Origin: Phoronis australis
Lineage: Eukaryota > Animalia > Phoronida
DNA length: 64,000 bases
NCBI GenBank assembly: GCA_002633005.1
Contig: NMRA01000602.1
Coordinates: forward strand, 116,362 to 180,361
Reading direction: 5' to 3'
In this document: one piece after another, positions 51,615-64,000 of the stretch
Position numbering within the stretch: position 1 is the stretch's first letter
Layout of the letters: the number at the start of each line of letters is the position of its first letter
Position numbers and translations under genes: made by a program
Notes under the pieces: generated by a model
The model's input: the letters and a program-made list of their open reading frames with translations, nothing else
Told to the model about the DNA's origin: nothing
The model's database searches: none

Positions 51615-52540
51615 GTACGTACTATTTGCTACAATATCACAACTTCCAATATAAATTGGGCTTACTGCGACGGAACTATGCATGACTATCAAATTTGGAA
51701 ATACGTCTTCCCAGAATTCCTTAACATTTAAGTAATGTAGTATTTTGTGGGAATTTAACGGGACTTAATTGTGACCAGGCCGAGATAATTATTTAATGGA
51801 GTTGTGCAGTAAGTTGCTGCGACTACAACAACGTGCAGGGAAAAACATATGTCAATATTTAGCCAGGTATAGCACTGTGGAAATGTAGTAGACTATTTAG
51901 TCGCGTTCAGTTTGCCTCTGTCAATCTTGTTTTTAAGGAGCTACAACCATAACAGTACAATTATATACTGCTCATGCTCAGACGGGTTGTCGGTTGGCTA
52001 ATATGCTATTTCAACAACCGTCTACTCATTTGCTTAATGTAGAGAGCCAAAACGTGTCCAATGTTGAAGCATGTTAATACATACTTCGTATAGTTCCTAA
52101 ATAGTTTTCAGTTGTCATACGGACGACTTTTTGGTCAGTTACTTTCATGCCAGCGTCAGGTGCTACTGTCTTAGAACAAACAAGAGGACTTATATAGGAT
52201 GATATGTACCTGATATACGGTTGGGTTTGATCCCGGGAGAGTTTTATTTCAAAGCCAGTACTGTATATTACCCAATTTTGAAGCCAGAGATTTCTTTACT
52301 TTTTTCACGTTATCAGTTGATGCAAAGCACGAAACGCATTTGGTAGCAAATATAAGTACCTAGAACATTTAAAGATGTCAAAGCCAATCAATTTTGTTTG
52401 ATATACTGTGAAAAGCATTATGAAACGACAAGATCTCAACATTTTGACCTCCCACTAAATTTTTCAGCAATTTCCATGAAACTTCTTGCAGAGGCAAGGC
52501 TTGCATCCGACGTAAGATTTATGTGTTACTTATTTTCCAG

Positions 52541-52880
52541 AAAAAAACCATGGGCTGTCATTTGTTGAAGGGTGTTACGGCGATAGTGACGAAAAGAACA
52601 AGAGACCACTTTTAGACGCAAAACAAATGTTCTTAAAAGACGACATGGATGGAACAGCAGCTTCCACAGGCTCTGACAAAATGTCTAAATTGCTTTGTCA
52701 GCAAAAATGCAAGCTAGGTGCATTCAAGCTAGCAGGTGTAAAATATGGATTTGTGTGTTGGTGCAGCAATAAATTGAATACCGATGTATTACTGACGGAC
52801 GAAAAATTTTGCACTGCACCACATACGACGATGTTCCCAAACCAAACCATGTACATCATGGATTCTGGACTAGAAGGCAG
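52541..52880 (+). CDS. Secreted triple-WSC-domain protein, exon 5 (WSC domain 3)
   Basis: EGCYGD...MSKLLCQQKC...LAGVKYGFVCWCSN...FCTAP; TTTTCCAG acceptor (phase 1), GTAAGT donor (phase 2). Confidence 0.88.
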
Positions 52881-54335
52881 GTAAGTCAATGTACACCCTT
52901 AAATATTATTCGATGATTGGCGTTCACGAGAACATATGAGAGTTTGTCTTATAATTTATGATTGGCATCACATTTCTTTGTTTTTATGAATATGCGCTAT
53001 ATAATGCGAAAATGTTCGGAGTGATATTTTCAGACGACTGCCCGTGGCGCTTTGCAAAATCTAAGGAATACCCCGGGAACTTAAGATTAGGCAGTTGTTC
53101 TCAATTTATAGACTCGTATCCTATATATGTGTAAATATAGTGATTCAATATGCCGTGAAAAAGGGAAAAGTAGACCCAAGTACAACGGTAGGAGCAGTAC
53201 TGTATTTCACGGTTGGTGTGCAGTCTCCTGGAGTAAATTTGCAAGTGCGACCGGGCAAATATGATTCGGCTCGTTCATTTGGGCTACGTAAAGCATTGAT
53301 TTCATGAGTCGTTCCTGAAAGAGTTGTTGTAATGTTTTAAAAAATTACAAACATTCAACAAAAAGATTTATACATGGGAATTCCGACACGCAATGATCAG
53401 GCAGATATGTTTACGTCTCGCTGGTTTAATCTGGGACATCGTAAGTAGGTCAGTCGTTTACATAGCGTCATCAAGAAAATCAGGCATAAACCTAATTAAA
53501 ATCAAATAAAAACTTTTTTCATGGATGCATAGAGTACATCTTCTCAGCATATCAAAACATTAACATGAGATTGCGACCTAATACCGAGTATGTATTTTCT
53601 TACTGACACCATCGTATACGCCTAATTTACACAGACAAAAAGCGCGCTCCAAAATGAGGATGTCTGCGAAAGCTCTGTAAAATGGCCAATTGGCATACTT
53701 GTGTTCAGCGTTGTTATACGGGTATTCAGCTGTCTTTTTACAATCCGTAACAACGTTAAGACTCGGAAGCGTTTGGTCGTTGGCATTTAACGCGACGAAG
53801 GAAAGTATTTCGAGGAAAAATTTGTAAAATGCTTTCGAAAGGTTAAATCACATTTTGTCGCATCTCGATTGCCGAGCATCATAGCAACGACCGGTGAAAC
53901 TTCATCCAGCCAAGCTGTGTTTTCATGACTAATGGTTGAAACATGAGGAATTTGTTTTCAAAAAGGATAGGGCCTTCAATTCTTCGATTTTGGGCCGAAG
54001 ATCGACTCTATTCCCCTTTCAGAAATTTTTGAAGAATCACGCGACTTTCCCGTCACGAGGTCTAAAAATTCCCCTAAAGTGTTTTTTTATCGAACTTCAA
54101 ATCACACTAGTAATAAATTGAAAGAGCACAAAATGTTACTTGAGACATAGCCTTTGGGAGCTTGTAACAGGGTGGGTGATCAGGAGGTACAATTTCCTCC
54201 TCAGTCGGCGAAAAAAATCCCCCCTCAAGCACATTACCTCTCTCGAATGGAGGAGGCCCCTAAGAAAAGTGAACTATGTGTATTTTTCTCAGTTAACTGA
54301 AATTATGTTGTAAAACGAGATGTGTTATTTTTCAG

Positions 54336-54360
54336 GTTATGCTTTGAGCGAACGAACTAG
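54336..54360 (+). CDS. Secreted triple-WSC-domain protein, candidate terminal exon 6
   Basis: TTTTTCAG acceptor; phase 2 gives (R)LCFERTN-TAG; AATAAA about 135 bp downstream. Confidence 0.5.
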
Positions 54361-54493
54361 GTGTTACAATTTTAAAATTCAACTTGGTGCAGATTGATAT
54401 TTAAAACTTAACACATGCAATAGATGTAAGAATTATTAAAACCAAATGGTCAAAATAATAATGTTAAGCTTCAATTACCAGCCTGTATTTTTT

Positions 54494-54499
54494 AATAAA
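54494..54499 (+). terminator. Candidate polyadenylation signal of the WSC gene
   Basis: AATAAA after the candidate stop; weak evidence alone in AT-rich DNA. Confidence 0.35.
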
Positions 54500-56121
54500 A
54501 ATAATTTTAATAACATCAATCATTCTAGCACATTGTTAGTGCCGTAGTCCGTAACCCACTTCCAGGACCTAGGCTATGGTTGATGTTTATATTCTTGCTC
54601 GACAAATTGAACAAGATGTGACTTGCAAATGCCATCAGAAATGCGATGAGCCACCACCGTCAAATATATCTTCACCTCGTAAAAATACGAGCAGATGATC
54701 TAGTTCGTATAGAAAGCGTTTTTATCAACAATTTACAAGAAGAAACGTAACCTCGCTCTCAGCATCAACCTTATCCGGAACGCGATCGCCGAAATTTGGT
54801 CATAAATATTTTTCGTGTTTCGAGCTTAATTTTGCGAAAAAAAACTTAAACCCTTTCGTCAGACAACTCTTTGATTCATCGACTTGTTCTCTAATGTACT
54901 TTTCTACGTCTATGTAGTTAATTAGTGGCCCATTATTAAGAGTTAATATCCAGGTTAGACTCGCGATTTTACTCAATGTCAACCTCCGCTTTCTTTAAGG
55001 CGTGTGCTTCGCTTTGGATTGTAATGTCCGCCCCGTGAATTAGAGATATGTTCATAGTTTCCCGTGGCTTTCGGTCGTTAGCGTAATTCTGCTTTTGCTA
55101 TACAGTCCTTTCCTCAAGTTCTGCAAATCAGTACAATATTCACCATATTTTTCCAGTGCTGTGATGAACAAGAAGGACTTATTTTTTTGTTGGTGCACGA
55201 ACTTACATTGATCGCCGGAGAACATGCAGATCAATGAAAAAGTTGACTTATGTATTTTGTAGTACCATGAACATTCAGCATTTGTTGTTTTCAGGTAAAA
55301 CTCCATGCGTTACCAATAATTATGACACAAGACTAAGACGGTACACATGTGGCTAGAAATGTTCTACCTTCACCTTCTACGTCAAATTGTGTAATACGCA
55401 ATTAACACATGGTCTCATTGTAATTTCAAGCAAAAAACTGACTCATCTTGGTAAATCGTTCTGCACTAGCACAACCCATATGGCGCATATTTCTTGTTTT
55501 AAAATTTGATAGAAAATACATGCCCTGATTATCAAAGGCCTCTTGATTTCATAAAGCGATGCAGCTCGTGTTATGATCATACCAAAGAAGACAATCTATC
55601 TGTTTATTTTTCATTCTCTGATGTCATACCAAACATAGTGTGAACGTTAACACAACTCGTCAGCTTTTTTAATACGTTTATTCTTGTTTACGTAACGGTT
55701 ATCTGTATTAATAAAGCTTGTCAGGTAACTGGACAAAACAATATACCCAAAGCCCCATTCAAAGCGGCTAGCACATACGACTCAAACCTGCATTCGCGGA
55801 AATCATCACAAAGTAGCCGTTACAGATTGTCAATGGAACACTAGAAAAATAAAAGTGAGATCTCATGCAAAATAAGGCTCTGCTATATTACATGAGATTT
55901 TACCGTGCATGTTTAATGAGAAAATGTAATTATTACTGGATTTTAGTGAGGTCCTAGAGTAATTCCTAGAGTTACTGAACTCTACCTAGCTACATGTATA
56001 CAATAATAGAAGAAACATAAAACAACAGTTAAAGTTTCTGTCAGCTGCATCATTAAATGGTGACAACCAACAGCAAGAGTGATCGGCAACACGAGAGCAG
56101 GACCCAACACATGACGGCCGG

Positions 56122-57225
56122 ACCTCCAAATTGGACCGACTCAACACAAAACACGACCTACGCGGATCATATTGGACATCCGCACCATGAAATGGGACGC
56201 ACGCACCTAAAAGCATGACCGCCCCACCAAAACACAGAACCGCCAGAGATAGACCAGATAATAAGTTATCAATGTTTGTGTAATACTAGTTATGACGAAT
56301 ACATGTATACACGTACAGCCTGCATGTTTGTAACGAGTATACTGCTATTGTAGGAACCAGCGGGCGTTGAAATCCGTCAGATCTCAAAATTTCACAAAGC
56401 CCCGGTAGTTCTGCTCGTCATCTCGTCGTGAAACTTAATTCAACATATAGAGCTAACGTCCAAAGAGGGGGGAGGGGAGGGGGGGCGCATATAAAATCTG
56501 AGAGTCAACCGCCACAATCTATCCAGCTCGTGACACGCTCACTTGCTCTTTCCTCAAATTTTGATACATCTATTGTATCGGAAGATGCGACAGTTTCTCA
56601 GCTGCATATTTTTCTGAGATTTCGGTTTGCTGGTATTAAAATACTGAAAACCTGTAACATTATGAAACGAATTCCAAAAGCCGACATAAAAGACCACACG
56701 ACATTTTTAGCAGCATAATGCAGGTAGAATGTGCTAAATAATTAAGTATACTCATGCAAGAACGTTGTTCTCAATGACACTAATTTTGTGTCATATTTTA
56801 TTTGGTCAGTTTTTTACTCACATCATGGCATCAAAGCTTGTTAGGACGATACTTTGCCCGAGAAGGAGTTATCTTCGAACAGGACTTGACTTAAACATCA
56901 AATTTGAGTTTTATTTTGTTCTAAGGATAACACTATGGATAATATAAGTTATATCTATTAAGCTAAAAATGTGCAACATGGGTGGTTTTGAGTTAGATTT
57001 TTTAATTTTAAATGTCAACCCTTCTTTCAAATTTTTAAATTATCACAACTAAGTGGTGAAGCGGTCAAGTTTCAATCCCCCGGCGGTCATTTTCTTCCTC
57101 CAACAGTTGTGTCTGGTGGTTGGGCGGTCGTGCTTTTAGATATGTTGATGCCCATTTTCTAGTGGGTTGGTCCCATTTGATCACCTTAGGCCCTGTTTTG
57201 TGGTGAGTCGGTCCGATTTGGAGGA
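56122..57225. repeat. Diverged inverted pair (~105 bp each: 56122-56228 and 57117-57225)
   Basis: CCTCCAAATTGGACCGACTCAACACAAAACA...CTAAAAGCATGACCGCCC matches the reverse complement of the second copy. Confidence 0.7.
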
Positions 57226-58100
57226 CTCAGAGGCAGATCTACGGGGGGACGTTTAGGGGTATAAAACCCCCTCGGGACAGGTTCAAAAATAAAAATTAAA
57301 AAAAACTGTCGCTAGGAAAAAAACGAAATCAGTCTCTGAAAAACAAAACAATCTTTCACGGGAGGAGGAAAGCTCCATACAACCTTCCCTCCGCTCGGCG
57401 CTATGCGCCTCGGATTCACACGAATCCTAAACCCTCCCCTTAAACGTAGAAATTCGAATGAACGCTGCAAATGAATACTCGTGTTAAAAACCATCGTGCG
57501 GTAATGTGATTGGTTAGATTAAAATGGTAACATATACGCAGCCAATAACTTAGGGGAGGGGGTAAACCGCTATCACGGTGCAATCTCGAAAACGCATCCA
57601 AGACCCTGTTGGACATAAAATAATATACACTAAGGACTAATGCTCTTTCAGTATCATCCCCCAAGAAGCAATATATATACCCGTTGGTCTTCCATAGACA
57701 CCTGCACCACAATCTTGTGAACTGGTCGCTTCAATATGAATCTCTCTCGGCTGCGTGTTGACCTCGTGGCGGCCCACACTACAGCGACCATCCTTCTGAT
57801 TACGAGACATTTGGCCCATCAACAGACAGCCTAGGGGCCAGGCGGGAAATAAAGTAGAAACATTTGAAATCACAGTGCTTGATTCCCACTTGTAAACAAT
57901 TAGATTGATTTGTTCTTAACCTCAGTTCTCTCAATTATTTCTGTCGCTATCCCGATTAATTCCAAGTCGACGCATCCTTTTACTTAAGCGTTGGTTGTGG
58001 TGTTCAATTTCTAAACTGAGATCGAGTCTTAGTGATTCATGACTTCGTCCAGCTTCGTTTTTAGCCTTTCCTCTTCGGGGATGTTTTTTTACAACACGTA

Positions 58101-58280
58101 TGTGCCGATGGTGCACAACTAAATTCTTATTTTTAAAAACGATTTATGATCAAGCACGATAACTTTAAGGATATCGACTTCATATTGCGACTAACTGTCA
58201 TGTGACATATGAGCATGCGCAGTAGTCAAAACACTTATAAACAGTGGAACATCTGCAAAACGTTAAAACACTCGTAAACA
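58101..58280 (-). repeat. BEL/Pao 3' LTR (180 bp) with adjacent polypurine tract at 58281-58293
   Basis: Minus strand AAGGAGGGGGAGG then TGTTTACGAG...CGGCACA; 58101-58161 matches 63675-63735. Confidence 0.88.
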
Positions 58281-58476
58281 CCTCCCCCTCCTTGGTAAGT
58301 TGTGACTTATCAACCAACTGAAAAATCTATATTAAAGTTCGAATATAACTACACACAATAATAAATTACTAAAGAGTTTATACTAAAGTTCGAATATAAC
58401 TACAAGTCATAACAGTTCTCCATAAATACATTGTCCCATTATCCATAAAGATGTTGCCCAATATAATCCACATTGT

Positions 58477-61400
58477 CTAAGCGAACTCCAATGGACATAA
58501 TTTTGTCACCGGCCGAGTGACAACACTTCCGTTTACGCGCACTTTAACCACACGCACTAATCCATCTACGCCTGGCGCTACTTCAACTACGCGACCTAAT
58601 GGCCAATGCCCGCGGGTAACGTCTGATTGCATAACCAAAACAATATCATTGGCAAAAATCCCGCCCCACACTACACCACTTCTTTCGCGAGTTAAGTCCT
58701 GGAATCCACTCCCGTAACCACCGATTCCAAAAGTGTCTCACAACTTCCTGTACGCGTCTCCACCGTCTGCGAGGATTGAAATGCACGTCATCGACTGACT
58801 GTGGCGCGAATTCTCCACCACATTGACCGTGCAGAAAATGATTTGGTGTCAACGGCACAACATCGCGCGGATCTGCGGACTGATAAGTCAATGGTCTGGA
58901 ATTAATCAAAGCCTCTGCACCGATAATTGCCGAATTCAGTTTTTCGTCGTTCACATTCGCGTTTCTCAATATTACATAAATAGCACGTTTCGCGGCTTTG
59001 ATCATGATTTCGAAAACACCACCGAAATGAGGTGCTCCCGAGGGCTTGAAATGCCAAACAAAACCCTTGTTAGCGATGGATTTTCGAACTTTGTCTATAT
59101 CTAACAATCCAACCAGTTCTCGTAATTCTCTTACAGCTCCCACAAAATTCGTACAATTATTACTCAACATTAAAACCGGCAAGACACGACGATTTGCGAA
59201 AAGATGAAAACAATTCAAAAACGAACACTTGTCTAGACCACTGGCCATCACGACGTGAACAGCTCGACATGTAAGACAAGTAAATAAACACAAATATCGC
59301 TTCTCCCGACGCTTTCCGCTACCCTAGACAGTCATGAATGGCCCTGAAAAATCGACAGCTGTCCTGGCAAAGGCGCGTAATGGCTGTTTGACTCGAAGAA
59401 TGCGTAATGGTCCCATCATCTGTCTTCCTGGAATTGCTTTCAATCTCTTACATCGGTTACAATTTGACTCCCAGTGCTTTATTTCTTCTCGACCGGACAA
59501 TATACAATATGTTTGCGATAGTAACGCAAGGGTGTGGTTTGTTCGTGCCAAGTGTTTACCTAGCTCGTGATGGTGTTCAATGATGAGCTGCGTCACGCAG
59601 TTACGTTTTGGGAGAATCACTGGAAATTTGGTGTCGTACGATAGGTAGTCGGCGTTTTCTAATCGACCACCACTACGGAGAATACCATCGTCTTCCAATA
59701 TAGGTCTCAAATGAACGATTACACTATTTGCACACACGTTCAAAATCTTCGTCAAAGCCCGATTTTCTCTCCCGAATTCCTAGCCCTGCGTGGCACGAAT
59801 TATGTGCTTCTCAGAATCCGGTTAATTCGTCGCTTTTGCGGCTTTCCTTCGTAACGCGACAATTTTTACGAAGCGAATCACCCATGGTTGCACCCGAAAA
59901 AGTCTTCTCCAATCGGAGAATCGATAAGGGAAGACTCTCCAATCATCCGGCACTTTACTGTAATCATTTGATAAATAAATGTTGCCCCGGAAGTTTTTTT
60001 TAACTTCTCCGTAATCAATCTGTCAAATTTTCCCGAATTTCTGGTTTGGCCAACACGATTCGTCTTGTGACAGAAAACATGCATGCCACCACAGTCAGCT
60101 AGCTCCTGAGTGGTTTTACCACGAGTAGTATAATCAGCAGGATTGTCACGAGTAGGAACATACCAGCATTGACTGGGTGACGTATGCTCTTGGATTTTGC
60201 CGACATGATTCGCGACGAACGGTTTTAGGATTTTATTTTGGCTGCGAATCCACCACAACACATTCATACTATCCGACCAGAATGTGCAATTGGTGATGTC
60301 AATCTCTAGGGCTCTCGTAACCGATAAACAAAACTTCAGTCCGAGAACTGCAGCAAATAATTCCATTCTGGGGATGCTGACAGCAGTCAACTTTGCAATA
60401 CGAAAAATCACTGTACCACAGACGTCTTGAGAAGCATCCACAAACACGTGTAGACCAATAGATTCCATGACACCACCGCGACCAATGCACCGTGGAACTG
60501 CGATATTAGCCAAAATTGCAAACTCTTCGAACCACATACTTATCTTATTCCCTAATAATTTATCCAATGGTTCGTCCCACCTTACACCAACAGTCCACAA
60601 CTCCTGCATCAGCATTTTTGCTCGCACTACAAACGGCCCAACGGATCACACAGTGTCGCGATTTTACTCAAAAAATTTCTCTTCCTATACGTGAATCCGT
60701 CGCAAGGCTGTTGTGCATGGAACGTGAATGCATCTTCCTCGGTTTTCCACATAACTCCTAATGTTTTAATTGACGGTAACACTTCATCTTTCAAATCTAT
60801 CTCGGTCGCTCTCAATTCCGGTGAAATCTCGGACAACAATTCCTTTGAATTCAATAACCACTTTCTGGCCTGCATTCCTGCTTTCGACCACAATTTCGAT
60901 AACTGTCGGTATAACTCAATCCCGTCTGGCACGTTTGGAACGGAATCCATACTGTCATCTAAGTTCGTTGATTTTAACACAGTTTCGGATGCCCTTGGAA
61001 ATTCCTCACTGTATATCCTGGCGTTTTCCTGTGACACAAACTGTGCCAAAATAGGCGAAGAATTTACAACAAAAACGACACGATTGAACTCGAACACGTC
61101 CGGTGTGGTATCGCTCTTTATATTTCGCCACAAGAAACGATGATATTGTTTATCTTCGTTGCGCAGCTGGACTTGCCTCGGATATGTCACATACCAACGC
61201 GAAAGGATGTTAACGAAACCGTAACAGTATACTAGTCAGCTCTCGCTGCAATTTTGGCCACTGGTAAATCGCATCATTCAAGCTTACGCCATTCTTTTTT
61301 GCAGATGCATCAAACACAATACGGACTTTCGTGGTTGCACAATTTTCTTTCACAACATGAAAGTGCGGTAGATAACATCCTGTGTGTTCGACACTCATTT

Positions 61401-63270
61401 CAATTGCAGCATCTTCACGAATGTATCCCTTCGCTTCATATTTCTCAATTGTCTCATTGTAGATTCTAGCGACTTCTGGTGATTTAGCCAGCTTCTTTTC
61501 TGTAGCCTATAAATGATACAGTGTCATCACGTAATCATTGGGCAAGCTCGATGGCGATTCTTTCCACGGAATTCCGATTTCATAACCGTCGTCCATTTTC
61601 TTTAAAGTTTTCTCCGCGGCGTTGTACGCGGTTCGATCATCGATACTAATCGGTAATTCATCAGTGTTTGGATTTTAGATTTCCCAAAAAGGTTGTACAG
61701 TACCATCGGGAATGTACTATGCAAAGAACGTGTGGTGAGCACTCAACGCTTTGTTCAAACCCCCAATGCATGTCCAACCTAACGTCGTAAGTCTGGCGAT
61801 GGGCTCTCCGTTTCTTCCCTGCACATCTTGCATTGAGTAATGAAAGTTGCTGTTATCGAAACCGATTAGAATGCCTGATCGATGTCTTCCTTCGAGATAG
61901 GGAAATTCTATCCCGCGCAGATGTGACCACTTTTTCTGTTCCGTTCTCCAATCTATAGCTTTCGAATTTCCGGTTACGTGATTGCCAGTTATAGCCTCGA
62001 TTTCCTACTCCGTGTGTCCACCGATGCATTCCAATTCAAATTTCACTCGTATCGTTTTGAATGATTCCAGATGGCCAATAATTACGTTGACAACGATTTC
62101 CTCGGATTTTCCGCACAGTCGCAATTCGGCGGCGACATCGGCGTTAAGGTAAGTGCGTGTACTAGCATCATCCAACAAGGCGTTTACACGAATACGTTTT
62201 GATCCATTTTTAAGTACCACTGGGACTGTTCTCATTGTTACGAAATCGGATCGTGGTCGTGTGGGTCGCATGTGTAATCGCCCTCTCCGTGGCTTGAAGG
62301 CTAGAAGGACTATTAGCAGTGGCGCCATCTGTGGCATTCTCACGCGTTTTCTGGTGGCGATCGTTGTTATTACGGTGTAATAACCTATAATGGGTTTCTT
62401 TGCATCCGTAGATATTGCATAAACGCGATCTGTGACAGTCCTGACCTCGGTGAGTGGACCCCAAGGAACGGAAACAAAGACGGAGTTGTTTAGCTTTCGA
62501 CCATCGGTCACTCACGGATATTAATATAAACATTTCGCAATTCCAGAGGCCTTGCCCTGGCATACCACAGACTAAACATCCCGTCACGTTTGAGTTATGT
62601 GTTATCATAGTACGATGCGGCGCAGAACGTGGGTGGGCATGGGGCGTTGCCGACATTCCATGAACAGTTTCACGCGCAATTGTGTGAAACTCGGCTTCCT
62701 AAATAATAAACTCACGCAATGTTTCAACCGATTCTCCCCTCTTTTTCTTGAACATACTGTACAGCGTTGGAAATTAGTAATCATGGTCTCGCTCATTTTT
62801 CTCAATAACTTATGGTAAAGCGACCAGTTATCTAGGTCTGAAACGATCTCTTCTTATTTCGAATTGACTACCACTACATCCAACAAATCGGCGTAATCTT
62901 GTATGCCTTTGGCAGATTTTATTGAGCGAAATTCTTCAATTGCTTCAAGTTTGTTGGCTATCTTTCTGCGTTTGCCTCCATATTTTCTATCAAGGCGTTC
63001 TTTCGCTACTTTATAGGCCGTTGCATTATGACCCAGACTTTCGATTAGTTTAAGGGGTTTTCCTGACAAATATTGACGAAGTTGGAGCAAGCTATACTCT
63101 TCTGTGGCACTGGTTGTGTAGAAAGCGGCTTTCCATTTTTCATAACTTTTAGTATGTCCAGAAAATACCTGGATTGAAACCCGTTTAAACAATTTCCACA
63201 TGCCACTGGCAGTAGTTGCAGGGGGACTTACTTCACTGTGTTCGCTTTCAGTTTTAGTATTTGGCATCAT
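58477..63270 (-). pseudogene. Disrupted BEL/Pao gag-pol polyprotein
   Basis: At least nine fragments in correct domain order, separated by stops and frameshifts. Confidence 0.92.
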
Positions 63271-63651
63271 AGTGTTTAGCGCACTGGCAGGTGATTTATT
63301 AACAATCTTACCGTCTATGTAAACTTGAACCTGCTTCCTTGCCTCAGCTCCTTCGTTTTCTAGTTATTCTATTTCCGATTGTATTTTCTCATACAGCGAT
63401 TTGTCCGTTTCCATATAAAGTCCTGCTAATTCACTGCACACTTGTTGCGCTTCGAAATTCAATTGCTCTACTAACTCGCACAACTGATTTATGTCGTCGA
63501 CTTCACTCTCCTCCAATATCAAGTTAGACAGTTGTCTCCCTTTTTGGTGAAAGCCGCCTTGGCCTTCGACTTATATAACTTGAGCACATTTATCTGTTTT
63601 ATTTTTTCCGTTTTTGCACTCTCACTGCTCTCCATCCTGATTACTCCAAAT

Positions 63652-63669
63652 AACCTTGCTCTGCTACCA
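63652..63669 (-). other. Primer-binding site, initiator tRNA-Met
   Basis: TGGTAGCAGAGCAAGGTT, 5 nt after the 5' LTR; complementary to the 3' end of an invertebrate-type tRNA-iMet. Confidence 0.85.
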
Positions 63670-63674
63670 GAAAT

Positions 63675-63735
63675 TGTGCCGATGGTGAACAACTAAATTC
63701 TTATTTTTAAAAACGATTTGCGATGAAACACGATA
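63675..63735 (-). repeat. Remnant of the BEL/Pao 5' LTR, cut by unrelated sequence from 63736
   Basis: 56/61 identity to the 3' LTR, then abrupt loss of similarity. Confidence 0.85.
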
Positions 63736-64000
63736 CCAGAGGTAGGGCGGTCGAAGTCGGCCATTTTGTTTTTGGATGGGTCATTTTCAATGTACCAAGT
63801 TCCATTTTCAAAAATTTTTATTAGTTAAACTTCACATTCTTAAGGTACAAAAAGTAAAGTAACAGATTCTCAAATAAACGTTCTAAACGTACAATAAATG
63901 AGTCTGACCTCTCTGCCCACTAAAGTGTGAAATTCCACCTTTGAATGAAGGTCCAGGTTCAGGAATCCCAGTCTCGTGAAACCGCGGCACCGACAAGTAG

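Larger units (their letters stand above)
58101..63735 (-). mobile_element. BEL/Pao LTR retrotransposon, near full-length, degenerate
   Basis: Gag (62854-63270), three-knuckle Cys/His cluster (62210-62656), protease ALLDDAS, RT (CYLPHFHVVK..TTKVRIVFDAS; NLDD), RNase H (LHVFVDAS, WSDS, DNPAD), integrase (TAVDFSGP, APHFGGVFE, LTPNHFL) and C-terminal [19 protein letters not shown]. Both LTRs, PBS and PPT are present. Confidence 0.96.

Noticed and set aside
58517-62818. Numerous plus-strand ORFs across the BEL/Pao element
   Set aside because: Antisense shadows of the pol fragments.

Overview
AT-rich, intron-containing animal genomic DNA, probably a marine invertebrate (inferred from the transposon repertoire; the taxon cannot be fixed from the sequence). 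One host gene can be reconstructed on the + strand: a 6-exon, 354-aa secreted protein with three WSC domains (about 19.2-54.4 kb), whose introns are inflated by nested transposons. The rest is mostly decayed mobile DNA: a Gypsy 5' half, a near full-length BEL/Pao element, Penelope-like elements, a CR1/L2-type LINE split by an ISL2EU-like element, several Kolobok elements, MITEs and microsatellites. The most striking structure is a ~9 kb foldback (32505-41469) in intron 3. It has 4.0 and 4.75 kb inverted arms, Academ-like TAG..CTA ends, GTAC on both flanks, a third diverged terminus in its ~210 bp spacer, and outward-reading gene remnants. The same intron holds an antisense solo LTR carrying clustered perfect heat-shock elements. 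All alignments and family assignments were made by eye, without database searches; boundaries of old elements are approximate.
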